Shown: positions 50,954-58,193 of the stretch, piece by piece | Layout: every line of letters starts with the position of its first letter | How positions within the stretch are numbered: position 1 is the stretch's first letter | Assembly (NCBI GenBank): GCA_947039785.1 | Contig: CAMQZX010000001.1 | Coordinates: 1-58,193 of the forward strand | Reading direction: 5' to 3' | DNA from: an uncultured Lachnospiraceae bacterium | Lineage (GTDB): Bacteria; Bacillota; Clostridia; Lachnospirales; Lachnospiraceae | Length of the DNA: 58,193 nt | Notes under the pieces: generated by a model | Told to the model about the DNA's origin: nothing | The model's database searches: none | The model's input: the letters and a program-made list of their open reading frames with translations, nothing else | Program-made: the position numbers and the translations under genes

Positions 50954-51544
50954 TTAATCCATTATCCCAATTTTATTACCGTTTTCATAAATGTTACTGT
51001 CTTCAATGCCTTCCCCTTCCCCAATGTCATCAATCCATCCAAAGCCTGGGGCATATATTTTTCCTTCCTGTGACTCACCTTCTGGTGCGGCTCCAGGAAC
51101 CGTGTCTGTCTCCGGCTGTTTTACTTCATCATGGTTTTCCGGAACCGGCGTGCCCTGCACGCTCTCCCCATCTGGTTTCTGATTAGGATTTTTTAATACT
51201 TCTGGATCTGGTTCTTCCGGTTTAGTCACTCTGGGCTGAATATTCTGTACAGGCTGCCCGTTGTCCTTATTTCCCTCTTTTTCCTCCTCTGATTCTTTCT
51301 GCTCCTCCGTAGTCTCCGGTTCTTTCTTCGATTCCTCTTCTTTACTTTCAGTCTCTTTTGACTTCTTGTCTAATTCGGACTTTTTGATTTCCGGTTTCAC
51401 TTCTATTTCTGTAGACTGGCTCTCTGCTAATTTATCCTTTGTTTTTGCTGGCTTTCTGAAATTACTTGCAATCATCACTGCAAGAATAACACAACACACC
51501 ACGCAACCCGCAATAATCATACCTTTTTTCACTTTATCATTCAT
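50954..51544 (-). CDS. Membrane-anchored E/K/P-rich low-complexity protein with a conserved C-terminal YAPGFGW module
   Basis: ORF track. N-terminal TM segment GMIIAGCVVCCVILAVMIA, a long acidic/lysine-rich spacer, and the C-terminus GKIYAPGFGWIDDIGEGEG. Possibly the DUF6550 family, from memory. Confidence 0.55.
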   Translation of the reverse strand: MNDKVKKGMIIAGCVVCCVILAVMIASNFRKPAKTKDKLAESQSTEIEVKPEIKKSELDKKSKETESKEEESKKEPETTEEQKESEEEKEGNKDNGQPVQNIQPRVTKPEEPDPEVLKNPNQKPDGESVQGTPVPENHDEVKQPETDTVPGAAPEGESQEGKIYAPGFGWIDDIGEGEGIEDSNIYENGNKIGIMD

Positions 51545-51616
51545 ATAGTTCTCCTTCCTGGTTCACATTCTGTCGCATCAAACATACTACATTTTTCCAA
51601 TTCTGTCTATTGAATT

Positions 51617-52162
51617 CTAAAACACTTCTATATATCCAGCCTGCACTTTTAGCCTGATTTTCATTTCAGGTAGACGTTTTCCCGCAAACTGGACCGGTAC
51701 TTTTAATGTTACGATTGCATCAATTTCAAATCTCTGTTCATTTTCCGGTGTTCCAGGTGCAAGCGGCGCATTACGTGCAGTAACACTTAAATCCGATATG
51801 CTATATTCCAGAACCCCACCTGTATATTTTACATGCCGCCCGGATTCAACTTTTGTTCCAAGGATTTTATCCATTTTTGACAGCACATTTCCTTTATCTA
51901 CACTATACTTAAAACCTCCATTATTGGGCTGATATCCTCCACTGTATCCTTCCCTGACACCGTGATAAACGTTTGCATAATTATCATTTACAGTTATCAT
52001 GATAGCCTCCTGTGCCGCGTCCCTTACGCCATTGGCTATGATCTTTAGCCGATAAAACTCCAAAAATCCGCACATTATTAACATCAATACCAATGTAACC
52101 GCAATCACAAATGGGAAAGAGGAACCACGCCTATCTTTTAAACAGCAAATCAGGCGCTTCAT
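51617..52162 (-). CDS. TadE/TadG-like pseudopilin-type protein
   Basis: ORF track. N-terminal GSSFPFVIAVTLVLMLIMCGFLEF (prepilin-like hydrophobic segment). Located in the Tad locus. Confidence 0.55.
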   Translation of the reverse strand: MKRLICCLKDRRGSSFPFVIAVTLVLMLIMCGFLEFYRLKIIANGVRDAAQEAIMITVNDNYANVYHGVREGYSGGYQPNNGGFKYSVDKGNVLSKMDKILGTKVESGRHVKYTGGVLEYSISDLSVTARNAPLAPGTPENEQRFEIDAIVTLKVPVQFAGKRLPEMKIRLKVQAGYIEVF

Positions 52163-52554
52163 TTATGATATACCTCACTCTTTCCTGTAGCACTAGCCCT
52201 TAAGGTAATTGGAAAGGAACCAAAATTCCCAAATAACCCAAGGTCCCGCTGCAACGTCAATTTTACAGTAATCTCCTGATTTAGTTGGATATTACCCTTT
52301 TTTGACCACTCAACTTTAGGATTTAGTCCGGTCCTTTCTCGTAATACCTGTTCCCGCCTAGTGGTCTCAGTTCCGACTCTGCCACTCATTTCAGCCTCAC
52401 GGCACAATTCCACAGCAAATGTATCTAACTGATTCTTAGCCAAAAAAACCGGAAATACGCTGACCGCCAATGCAATCACCAGCATGGCACACAATACCAG
52501 TACGCATATGTCTATATATCCCTCTCCACGATTAGTTTTTAATATTTTTTTCAA
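52159..52554 (-). CDS. TadE-like / DUF4320-like pseudopilin-type protein
   Basis: ORF track. N-terminal NRGEGYIDICVLVLCAMLVIALAV. Located in the Tad locus. Confidence 0.55.
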   Translation of the reverse strand: MKKILKTNRGEGYIDICVLVLCAMLVIALAVSVFPVFLAKNQLDTFAVELCREAEMSGRVGTETTRREQVLRERTGLNPKVEWSKKGNIQLNQEITVKLTLQRDLGLFGNFGSFPITLRASATGKSEVYHK

Positions 52555-52580
52555 GTTCCTTGACCTCCTTTCATTTGGAG

Positions 52581-53456
52581 CTAGAACATACCTCCTAATG
52601 ACTTAATGATTTCAAACACGATAATCGCAAGGTAAGTCAATAAGAAGCACATAAGCATGAGAAACGAAAAAACCCTGATTTTAGGCGGTATTTTCTGGGC
52701 CTCACTTTTTAATTTCTGTAATTCAAGCTGTTTAAAATCATGAGCAAGCATCTGGAAATATACCACGCTGTTATCTCCACGCAAAACCCCAATCAGTCCT
52801 CTGACAACATCAGACAACATTGGAGAGTTTAACCGTGCTTCAAATCGAGTAAGTGCCGCCTCATAACTGGAGGATCTCATGTCTGCCACAAGTACACCTA
52901 GCTCCTCCCCAAATTCCGCACCGGCATTTTTTCTAAAATTCTCTACCATTGAAAGCACATCACGGTTATTCTGCAGCTCCTGTTCAAGATTAGCAACAAA
53001 ACGTGGCAGTTCGTCTTCAATTGACTTTCTTTTCGTCTTTAACATCTCGTCTGCGCGCTGAATTTCCTTAAAGTAAACCATGACAGCAAGAAACACAATA
53101 ACAGGTGTTAGGAGCGGAAAAAGAAACAAACACGGAATAATGCCAGCCATCAGTAAACCAGCTTTTGTAAGTGCATACGCCTGATATACTTCCGGTGTCA
53201 TATTAATCCCTGTTGCTTTCAGCACATTTTTCATTCGGCTTTTCCGATATTCGTCCATTCGGATTACATGAGACAATCTCATGGCTCCTTGCAGTAAAAA
53301 CGTATCTAACGCCGCCGACCCTTTTTTACTATTTCTTCCCCTGTCCAGTAATGCCTTTTCTGTCTTCATATATGGCATTTTTAACAAATCCGCTGCCAGG
53401 AAGAACATTCCCAGAAAGAGAAATCCTCCAAATAATAACAGTAATAACACTGACAT
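52581..53456 (-). CDS. tadC: TadC-like type II secretion system F-family membrane protein
   Basis: ORF track. Polytopic membrane protein; the second of two adjacent T2SSF-like genes downstream of the CpaF ATPase. Confidence 0.65.
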   Translation of the reverse strand: MSVLLLLLFGGFLFLGMFFLAADLLKMPYMKTEKALLDRGRNSKKGSAALDTFLLQGAMRLSHVIRMDEYRKSRMKNVLKATGINMTPEVYQAYALTKAGLLMAGIIPCLFLFPLLTPVIVFLAVMVYFKEIQRADEMLKTKRKSIEDELPRFVANLEQELQNNRDVLSMVENFRKNAGAEFGEELGVLVADMRSSSYEAALTRFEARLNSPMLSDVVRGLIGVLRGDNSVVYFQMLAHDFKQLELQKLKSEAQKIPPKIRVFSFLMLMCFLLTYLAIIVFEIIKSLGGMF

Positions 53457-53460
53457 CTCC

Positions 53461-54390
53461 CTACCTCCTGTATTCTATCGGTTTTGTCAGCCTGACAACG
53501 ACCGCAGTAGAGACAAAGATGATTGCCGCAGTAATGGCAAGTATCACCTGTCCCATTGGTGTGTGCATCAAAGTGTCATACCAGCTCTTGTTGAGAAAAT
53601 AAAGCAGCGGGATATTACCAATCACAAAGATTGCCATCGTGATAAATTCTTTCCTCGGCTCCACAATCAAATATTCCAGTTCAGCATTGACGATACGGAT
53701 ATCGCTTAATTTTGTTACGATTGGTGTCAATGTTGTCTTCAAACTCCGATCATACTGACAATCACACAGGGCATCGCACCATTCGCGGAATACATCATTA
53801 TCAATTTTCTCCCTCAACTCCTTTAGTGCTTCATGAACATCCGGATTTACTAAGTTGATCCGCACAATAAAATCCTGGAATACCCTCTGGACTGGCGGAT
53901 TCAAATACTGAATATTTTCCTCTATCGCAGTTAGAATGTCCTCCGTCCGCAGATAGCCCGTCGTAATAACGCTTAATGCTGTCTCCAGCTCTGCGGCTAC
54001 ATTTTTTTTGTAATTACTGGCTGACAGAATTACATACCAAAAAGGGAAGAACATAAATCCAACAGCCATCACCGGAGCCAGAAAAAAATTTCCAATCATG
54101 ATGGCAACCGAGGCCCCCACAGCAAACAACACCAGGGCGGCAGCACAAATAACCGAAAATTGCTTTTCCCTACCCGTCATTTTAAGTACCTGCTGTGCCT
54201 CAATGATTGCCTTTTTCAGAAATCTTGCTTTTTTCCTTTTTGTTACTGTATGGATTTCATTCCGAATATTCTCAGGTTCTTTTGCCAGAAAGCCGAACAG
54301 TCCATCTGTAAATTCTATTGGTCGAATCCCCAAAAGAAGAAATCCACCCACTATCATACCAAGGCATGCAAGAAGCTGTATACTTGTCAA
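53461..54390 (-). CDS. tadB: TadB-like type II secretion system F-family membrane protein
   Basis: ORF track. Polytopic; overlaps the CpaF stop by 4 nt. Confidence 0.65.
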   Translation of the reverse strand: MTSIQLLACLGMIVGGFLLLGIRPIEFTDGLFGFLAKEPENIRNEIHTVTKRKKARFLKKAIIEAQQVLKMTGREKQFSVICAAALVLFAVGASVAIMIGNFFLAPVMAVGFMFFPFWYVILSASNYKKNVAAELETALSVITTGYLRTEDILTAIEENIQYLNPPVQRVFQDFIVRINLVNPDVHEALKELREKIDNDVFREWCDALCDCQYDRSLKTTLTPIVTKLSDIRIVNAELEYLIVEPRKEFITMAIFVIGNIPLLYFLNKSWYDTLMHTPMGQVILAITAAIIFVSTAVVVRLTKPIEYRR

Positions 54391-55880
54391 GATTCCTCTC
54401 CTCCCTCTCCCTTTGAACGGAACCGGTTAAGTGTCTCCATTGGCATCCCATTCTCCAGCAAACGCTTATAAAGCCCATCCGAAATGGAATTCATTACCCT
54501 GTGTTTCCCATTAACCACAAAATAATCTCCTTCCAACTGGTTCTCCATGATCTCGTACTGATACAGTGGACGATATCTCCGTGTACCGTCAGGCTTTATC
54601 TCGCATTCCATAATCTCCATGATTACCCTCTGCCGGTTTTCCAACTGCTTACAAAAGACTATGATAGGGTATGCTTCGGTCACATATCCCATCAATGTCT
54701 CGTCCGACATATCCACGGCACGCTTACACAAGGACACCATACGGCGGTATGTAGCCTCACACGAATTGGAATGGATGGTTGTAACCACCGCCACACCAGT
54801 TCTTGCAGCTTCCTGGGCGGCGTTTGCTTCCGCCCCTCTCATTTCTCCGACCACCAGAATATCAGGATTAAATCGAAGCGCAATATCCAAAAGGGCAATC
54901 TGGTCAATTCGCTGCCGGTCATTCTCACTGTCTCTTGTAAGAGTGTGGACAACGGAATTTAACACTTTTCCACTTTCCTCCCTTATTAGATCAAGTTCAC
55001 GGCTACCATTTTCAATAGTAAAAATTCTTTTCCGGTCAGGGATTGTAGTAAGCAACCAGCCGGCCACCGTTGTTTTTCCGGAACTTGTAGCACCTGCAAC
55101 ACACACCGAAATTCCATACCGAATACATTCACTCAAAAAGTCTAACATCTCTCCCGTGGCAGTTCCACCAGAAATAAAATCCTCCTTTTTCATACTCTGG
55201 GGATTTACGATTCGGATTGAAGCGGCAAGACCTACCTCTTCATCTACAACTGGAGTTTTTAACACCGCTATACGGATATTTTTAGCCAGTGTTCCAGTCA
55301 CCACAGGACTTGCATCATCAAGGATAGTTCCTGAAACATGGAGCATCCTGCGGATCACATTAATAGCATGAGAAGGGCTGTCAAAATGTTCTTCCAACTT
55401 TTCAGTCCCACCACCGCTGTACTGGATCTCAATATCCTTCCAGCTATTAATGTCTATTTCTTCCACTCCCTCTCCAAAAATGTACTTTGTTAGAAAAGAA
55501 AACTCCGCCATTTCCGTGTATAGGTTGTCAACAAGTTCCTGATTTGACATTCCCTGAACTGCAACCCGGTTTTCCTGAACATATTTAGTAATGTAACGCT
55601 TCATCTGCCTTTTTACATCATCATTATTTCCATCAGTCAAAAGGGAGCTGTAACGGCTGGCAATGTGTTCCTGTACCTCCTGTAGCACCGTTGCAAAATC
55701 TTTCCCCTCCACGGCTGCAAAAAAGAGGTCATCTGCACTCTTACTCACCACTTCTACCGGCTCTCTTGCAACCGGCTCCACTGGGGCTGCCTGTGTTGGC
55801 ATAAGTTCCTGCATCCGCGAACCCCACTCTGAATTTTTTCCCTCATTAAATACTCCTCGCGTCTTTCTTTCCCCTAACAT
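54387..55880 (-). CDS. cpaF: CpaF/TadA-type pilus assembly ATPase
   Basis: ORF track. Walker A GATSSGKTT, Walker B ILVVGEMRG, His box TTIHSNS. Confidence 0.85.
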   Translation of the reverse strand: MLGERKTRGVFNEGKNSEWGSRMQELMPTQAAPVEPVAREPVEVVSKSADDLFFAAVEGKDFATVLQEVQEHIASRYSSLLTDGNNDDVKRQMKRYITKYVQENRVAVQGMSNQELVDNLYTEMAEFSFLTKYIFGEGVEEIDINSWKDIEIQYSGGGTEKLEEHFDSPSHAINVIRRMLHVSGTILDDASPVVTGTLAKNIRIAVLKTPVVDEEVGLAASIRIVNPQSMKKEDFISGGTATGEMLDFLSECIRYGISVCVAGATSSGKTTVAGWLLTTIPDRKRIFTIENGSRELDLIREESGKVLNSVVHTLTRDSENDRQRIDQIALLDIALRFNPDILVVGEMRGAEANAAQEAARTGVAVVTTIHSNSCEATYRRMVSLCKRAVDMSDETLMGYVTEAYPIIVFCKQLENRQRVIMEIMECEIKPDGTRRYRPLYQYEIMENQLEGDYFVVNGKHRVMNSISDGLYKRLLENGMPMETLNRFRSKGEGGEES

Positions 55881-56686
55881 CCATATACCTCCTTAACAAT
55901 CTTATCTATTTCATTTTTAAAACCACGGCTTTTTTTCCCCTCCAGACCAATCAACAAATTCCCAGCCATCCCCTGTTCCGTAACTTCGGATGCAGACGGA
56001 ATCTGAAAACTTACTTTTCCAAGCACCTGTTCCATATGGTTAATGGCTTCCTGCCCCTTTATGTTGTTGATCGTTTTTAAATGCCTCTCTATTCTCCATT
56101 TTGGTTCCTGAAGTAACGGTAACTGACTTGCCAGGTAACTGATAGATTTAAGGTCGCAATTTACTATCTGCAGAACAGCATCTGCTTCCATTAGAGAAAC
56201 TGCCGATAAAATATCGTTAGATATATAACTGCTACAGTCAATAATAATGTATGAGGACAATTCCCGCAGCCCTGTAAGAAATTCCAAAGCCTGTTCCGCT
56301 TCATAGGGGGCATAGCTGTATTCATTTTCCCCTCTTAACATGCCAAGCATTGCCAGATACTTTATTTTTTTGTGGACAATACAGTTTTCTTCTATAAGCC
56401 CTTTTGTAACATGTGGCGCTGCCAGTACATTGCCAAGGGACCATATGTTTTCTAACTCGTCCATTGGACAGATACAAGGCATCATGGGTAAAGTCATATC
56501 GGACAGCACAAGAATTACATTTTTCTTCTTTTCCGCTAAGTGTTTTGCAATCTTCACAGAAACCGTAGTCTTTCCGCATCCAGGGCTACCCCAGACAGCC
56601 AGTATCTGGGCCTGATGTTTTCCCACCTCATGCACTTCCTCGCTCTCAGGCTGATTTGCGCGCTTTTTGATTTTAAAGTTCAGCAT
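55874..56686 (-). CDS. TadZ/CpaE-like ParA/MinD-family ATPase
   Basis: ORF track. Deviant Walker A WGSPGCGKTT. Confidence 0.7.
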   Translation of the reverse strand: MLNFKIKKRANQPESEEVHEVGKHQAQILAVWGSPGCGKTTVSVKIAKHLAEKKKNVILVLSDMTLPMMPCICPMDELENIWSLGNVLAAPHVTKGLIEENCIVHKKIKYLAMLGMLRGENEYSYAPYEAEQALEFLTGLRELSSYIIIDCSSYISNDILSAVSLMEADAVLQIVNCDLKSISYLASQLPLLQEPKWRIERHLKTINNIKGQEAINHMEQVLGKVSFQIPSASEVTEQGMAGNLLIGLEGKKSRGFKNEIDKIVKEVYGC

Positions 56687-57478
56687 TTATTCTGCACTCC
56701 CTTCTATCTGTTCCTCGGGCTGTCCAGTTTCCGCTTCCGCCGCCTCCGTTTCCGGCGGGTAAAGTTCCTGCAAAGCATGTTCCTGCTCTGTAATAAACTT
56801 TGCTGCATTTTCTTTTGTTCCCCTGTATACAAGAGATATGTGCAGGTTCCCGTCCTTCTCCATCATGGCGAGTATCCTGCTCTGTTCCGGTGTTGCCAAG
56901 AGTGTCACCGTACTGGGCAGTTCCTTTTCCTCCGGGTCTTCTTCTCCTGTATTGGCATCGTAGCCACTGCCTGCAGTTACAGCAATAACTTCGACATATT
57001 TGAGTTCGGGAGGAATCACTGTTTCGCCTTGCTTCTGGTAGTCCGGTGCAATCACAGATACAATATCACCAGATTTGAGTTTTCCGGATAACCCCGTTGC
57101 AAAAGATTTGACCGACACGGATATTGCCTGTTTCTCTCCTGATAAATTATATAAGTAGGCATTCTCCGCAGCCGGTTCGTCTGCGACCTTGCTATTAATG
57201 ATATAATCGCCTGGAGCCATATCTGCAGATGCATATTTCCCAATGACATTTTCTTTATTTTTCATGACTTCAGACGGCAGATTTAAACTTCCCACCTCAA
57301 CAGTCCTGACCATATCGCCAGTGATTTTATCCCCGATTTTTATATCCTTTACCACCCGCACGATTTCTACCTTTTTACTGACCTCTTTATTAAATAAAGG
57401 GGTAACTCCGAAGCAAATGAGCAGTGATACCACAATGCATATTACTCCAAGCACGGTACGGCTTTTTAATATTTTCAT
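56687..57478 (-). CDS. cpaB: CpaB/RcpC-like Flp pilus assembly protein (SAF domain)
   Basis: ORF track. N-terminal TM segment, a SAF-like VVKDIKIGDKITGDMV, and an acidic C-terminal tail. Confidence 0.7.
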   Translation of the reverse strand: MKILKSRTVLGVICIVVSLLICFGVTPLFNKEVSKKVEIVRVVKDIKIGDKITGDMVRTVEVGSLNLPSEVMKNKENVIGKYASADMAPGDYIINSKVADEPAAENAYLYNLSGEKQAISVSVKSFATGLSGKLKSGDIVSVIAPDYQKQGETVIPPELKYVEVIAVTAGSGYDANTGEEDPEEKELPSTVTLLATPEQSRILAMMEKDGNLHISLVYRGTKENAAKFITEQEHALQELYPPETEAAEAETGQPEEQIEGSAE

Positions 57479-57525
57479 ACTTATTATCCATTCCTTTCAA
57501 TCAAATCAAAATTATCGTTTTAAAT

Positions 57526-57546
57526 GCGGCAGGGAATACCTGCCGC
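57526..57546 (-). terminator. Hairpin (weak terminator or processing site) after the pilin-peptidase-small ORF unit
   Basis: GCGGCAGG-gaata-CCTGCCGC, a perfect 8-bp stem. The sense-strand downstream sequence is AUUUAAAA, a poor U run. Confidence 0.35.
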
Positions 57547-57551
57547 CGTGA

Positions 57552-57662
57552 TTACCTCACTAAGTATCTCTTTTTCCTCCGGCATCTGTAAAATGCCAGG
57601 ACAGCACCCACAAAGGTAATTGGAGCCGCTACACAAATACAATAAAATGCTTTTCTTTTCAT
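57552..57662 (-). CDS. Small membrane peptide (36 aa)
   Basis: Below the ORF-track size cutoff. ATG 57662 has AGGAGG 5 nt upstream. The product is MKRKAFYCICVAAPITFVGAVLAFYRCRRKKRYLVR: one TM helix flanked by basic residues. Confidence 0.45.
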   Translation of the reverse strand: MKRKAFYCICVAAPITFVGAVLAFYRCRRKKRYLVR

Positions 57663-57671
57663 TCCATCCTC

Positions 57672-58079
57672 CTATCCAATCAAATACCCCGCTGCACACC
57701 CAGCCGATAAAAAGGGTACTAACGGCACTGCGATAACCTGGGTTTTCTTACATATTTTCAAAAACACAGAATAAGCAAGTACCAGTAATAATCCCAAAAT
57801 AGTTGCAAAAATCCCTGCTGGAAGTCCCAGGACAAGTCCTGCGGCTGCCATCAGTTTGATATCACCGCCCCCCATTCCTCCGCAAAAAACTGCTGCAAGA
57901 AGAAATGGGAGTGCGCTGAAAATCCCCCATAACTGTTCTGGACGAAAAGAAATAGCGGCGGTTAATGCAATTAGCATACATAACAGATCCGGCACGATTC
58001 TCTTCTTTAAGTCCGTGACAGATGCCAGCAAAAGCAACAGCAAAAATACAATTGTTTGAACTGCCTTTCTATCCAGCAT
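57672..58079 (-). CDS. Prepilin peptidase CpaA/TadV (A24 aspartic peptidase family)
   Basis: ORF track. Aspartate motifs SVTDLKKRIVPD and GGMGGGDIKLM. Polytopic. Confidence 0.8.
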   Translation of the reverse strand: MLDRKAVQTIVFLLLLLLASVTDLKKRIVPDLLCMLIALTAAISFRPEQLWGIFSALPFLLAAVFCGGMGGGDIKLMAAAGLVLGLPAGIFATILGLLLVLAYSVFLKICKKTQVIAVPLVPFLSAGCAAGYLIG

Positions 58080-58193
58080 AGTTAAACATTTCAGTAATAC
58101 GCCGTGTTAATGTTGGCAGCACTGTATCACCAAACAGTGCATACAGCCCTGCCAGAAGCAGCGCTCCAATCACAACAGCCATTAAAATTTTGA
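58069..58193 (-). CDS. Flp-family pilin, C-terminal part (N-terminus beyond the window edge)
   Basis: The hand-translated minus strand reads ...KILMAVVIGALLLAGLYALFGDTVLPTLTRRITEMFNYAG-stop (TAG 58069-58071). This is the hydrophobic core plus short tail typical of Flp pilins. The stop overlaps the peptidase start. Confidence 0.6.
   Translation of the reverse strand, partial: KILMAVVIGALLLAGLYALFGDTVLPTLTRRITEMFNYAG

Noticed and set aside
1-58193. Search for an integrase or recombinase, att sites, a replication initiator, tRNA or rRNA genes.
   Set aside because: None was recognised in any frame. The element type (ICE or plasmid) and its boundaries therefore remain undetermined from this window.

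Overview
The window is one continuous gene array, entirely on the minus strand. It looks like a large conjugative element of a low-GC Firmicute (Clostridia or Lachnospiraceae-like). No integrase or replication gene lies in the window, so ICE versus plasmid cannot be decided.

In transcription order (high to low coordinates):
1. A Tad/Flp-type pilus locus with secreted or anchored proteins (58193-49081).
2. A putative leading/establishment region (48993-30412). It holds a PAPS-reductase-like, GNAT-like and radical-SAM trio, a DUF3991/Toprim primase-like gene, eight tandem diverged ~300-aa paralogues, a C5 DNA methyltransferase, a densely structured repeat region, a DUF5049-like gene, and two further paralogue families (3 + 2 genes).
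3. A candidate oriT followed by MobC and the relaxase (30411-28519).
4. The Gram-positive T4SS block (28529-7210): PcfB, a coupling-protein gene split by an ORF-less group II intron, Maff2/VirB2-like, VirB6-like, an MTase-like gene, PrgI/VirB3-like, VirB4, a RadC-JAB protein, a self-contained HEPN-MNT cassette and an NlpC/P60+3D wall hydrolase.
5. A polyvalent ArdC-N/N6-methyltransferase/SNF2-helicase ORF of more than 2400 codons (7205 to beyond position 1). It is missing from the ORF track because it has no stop in the window. A TnpV-like ORF is nested out of frame in its linker.

All plus-strand ORFs in the track look like antisense shadows.

The most interesting candidates are the eight-gene paralogue array, the three-gene putative nucleic-acid modification module, the nested TnpV reading frame, the intron-split coupling protein, the GCTATCAG inverted-repeat/hairpin region, and the recurrent basic Arg-terminated C-terminal tails.

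All family names come from motif recognition by eye. No database search was possible.
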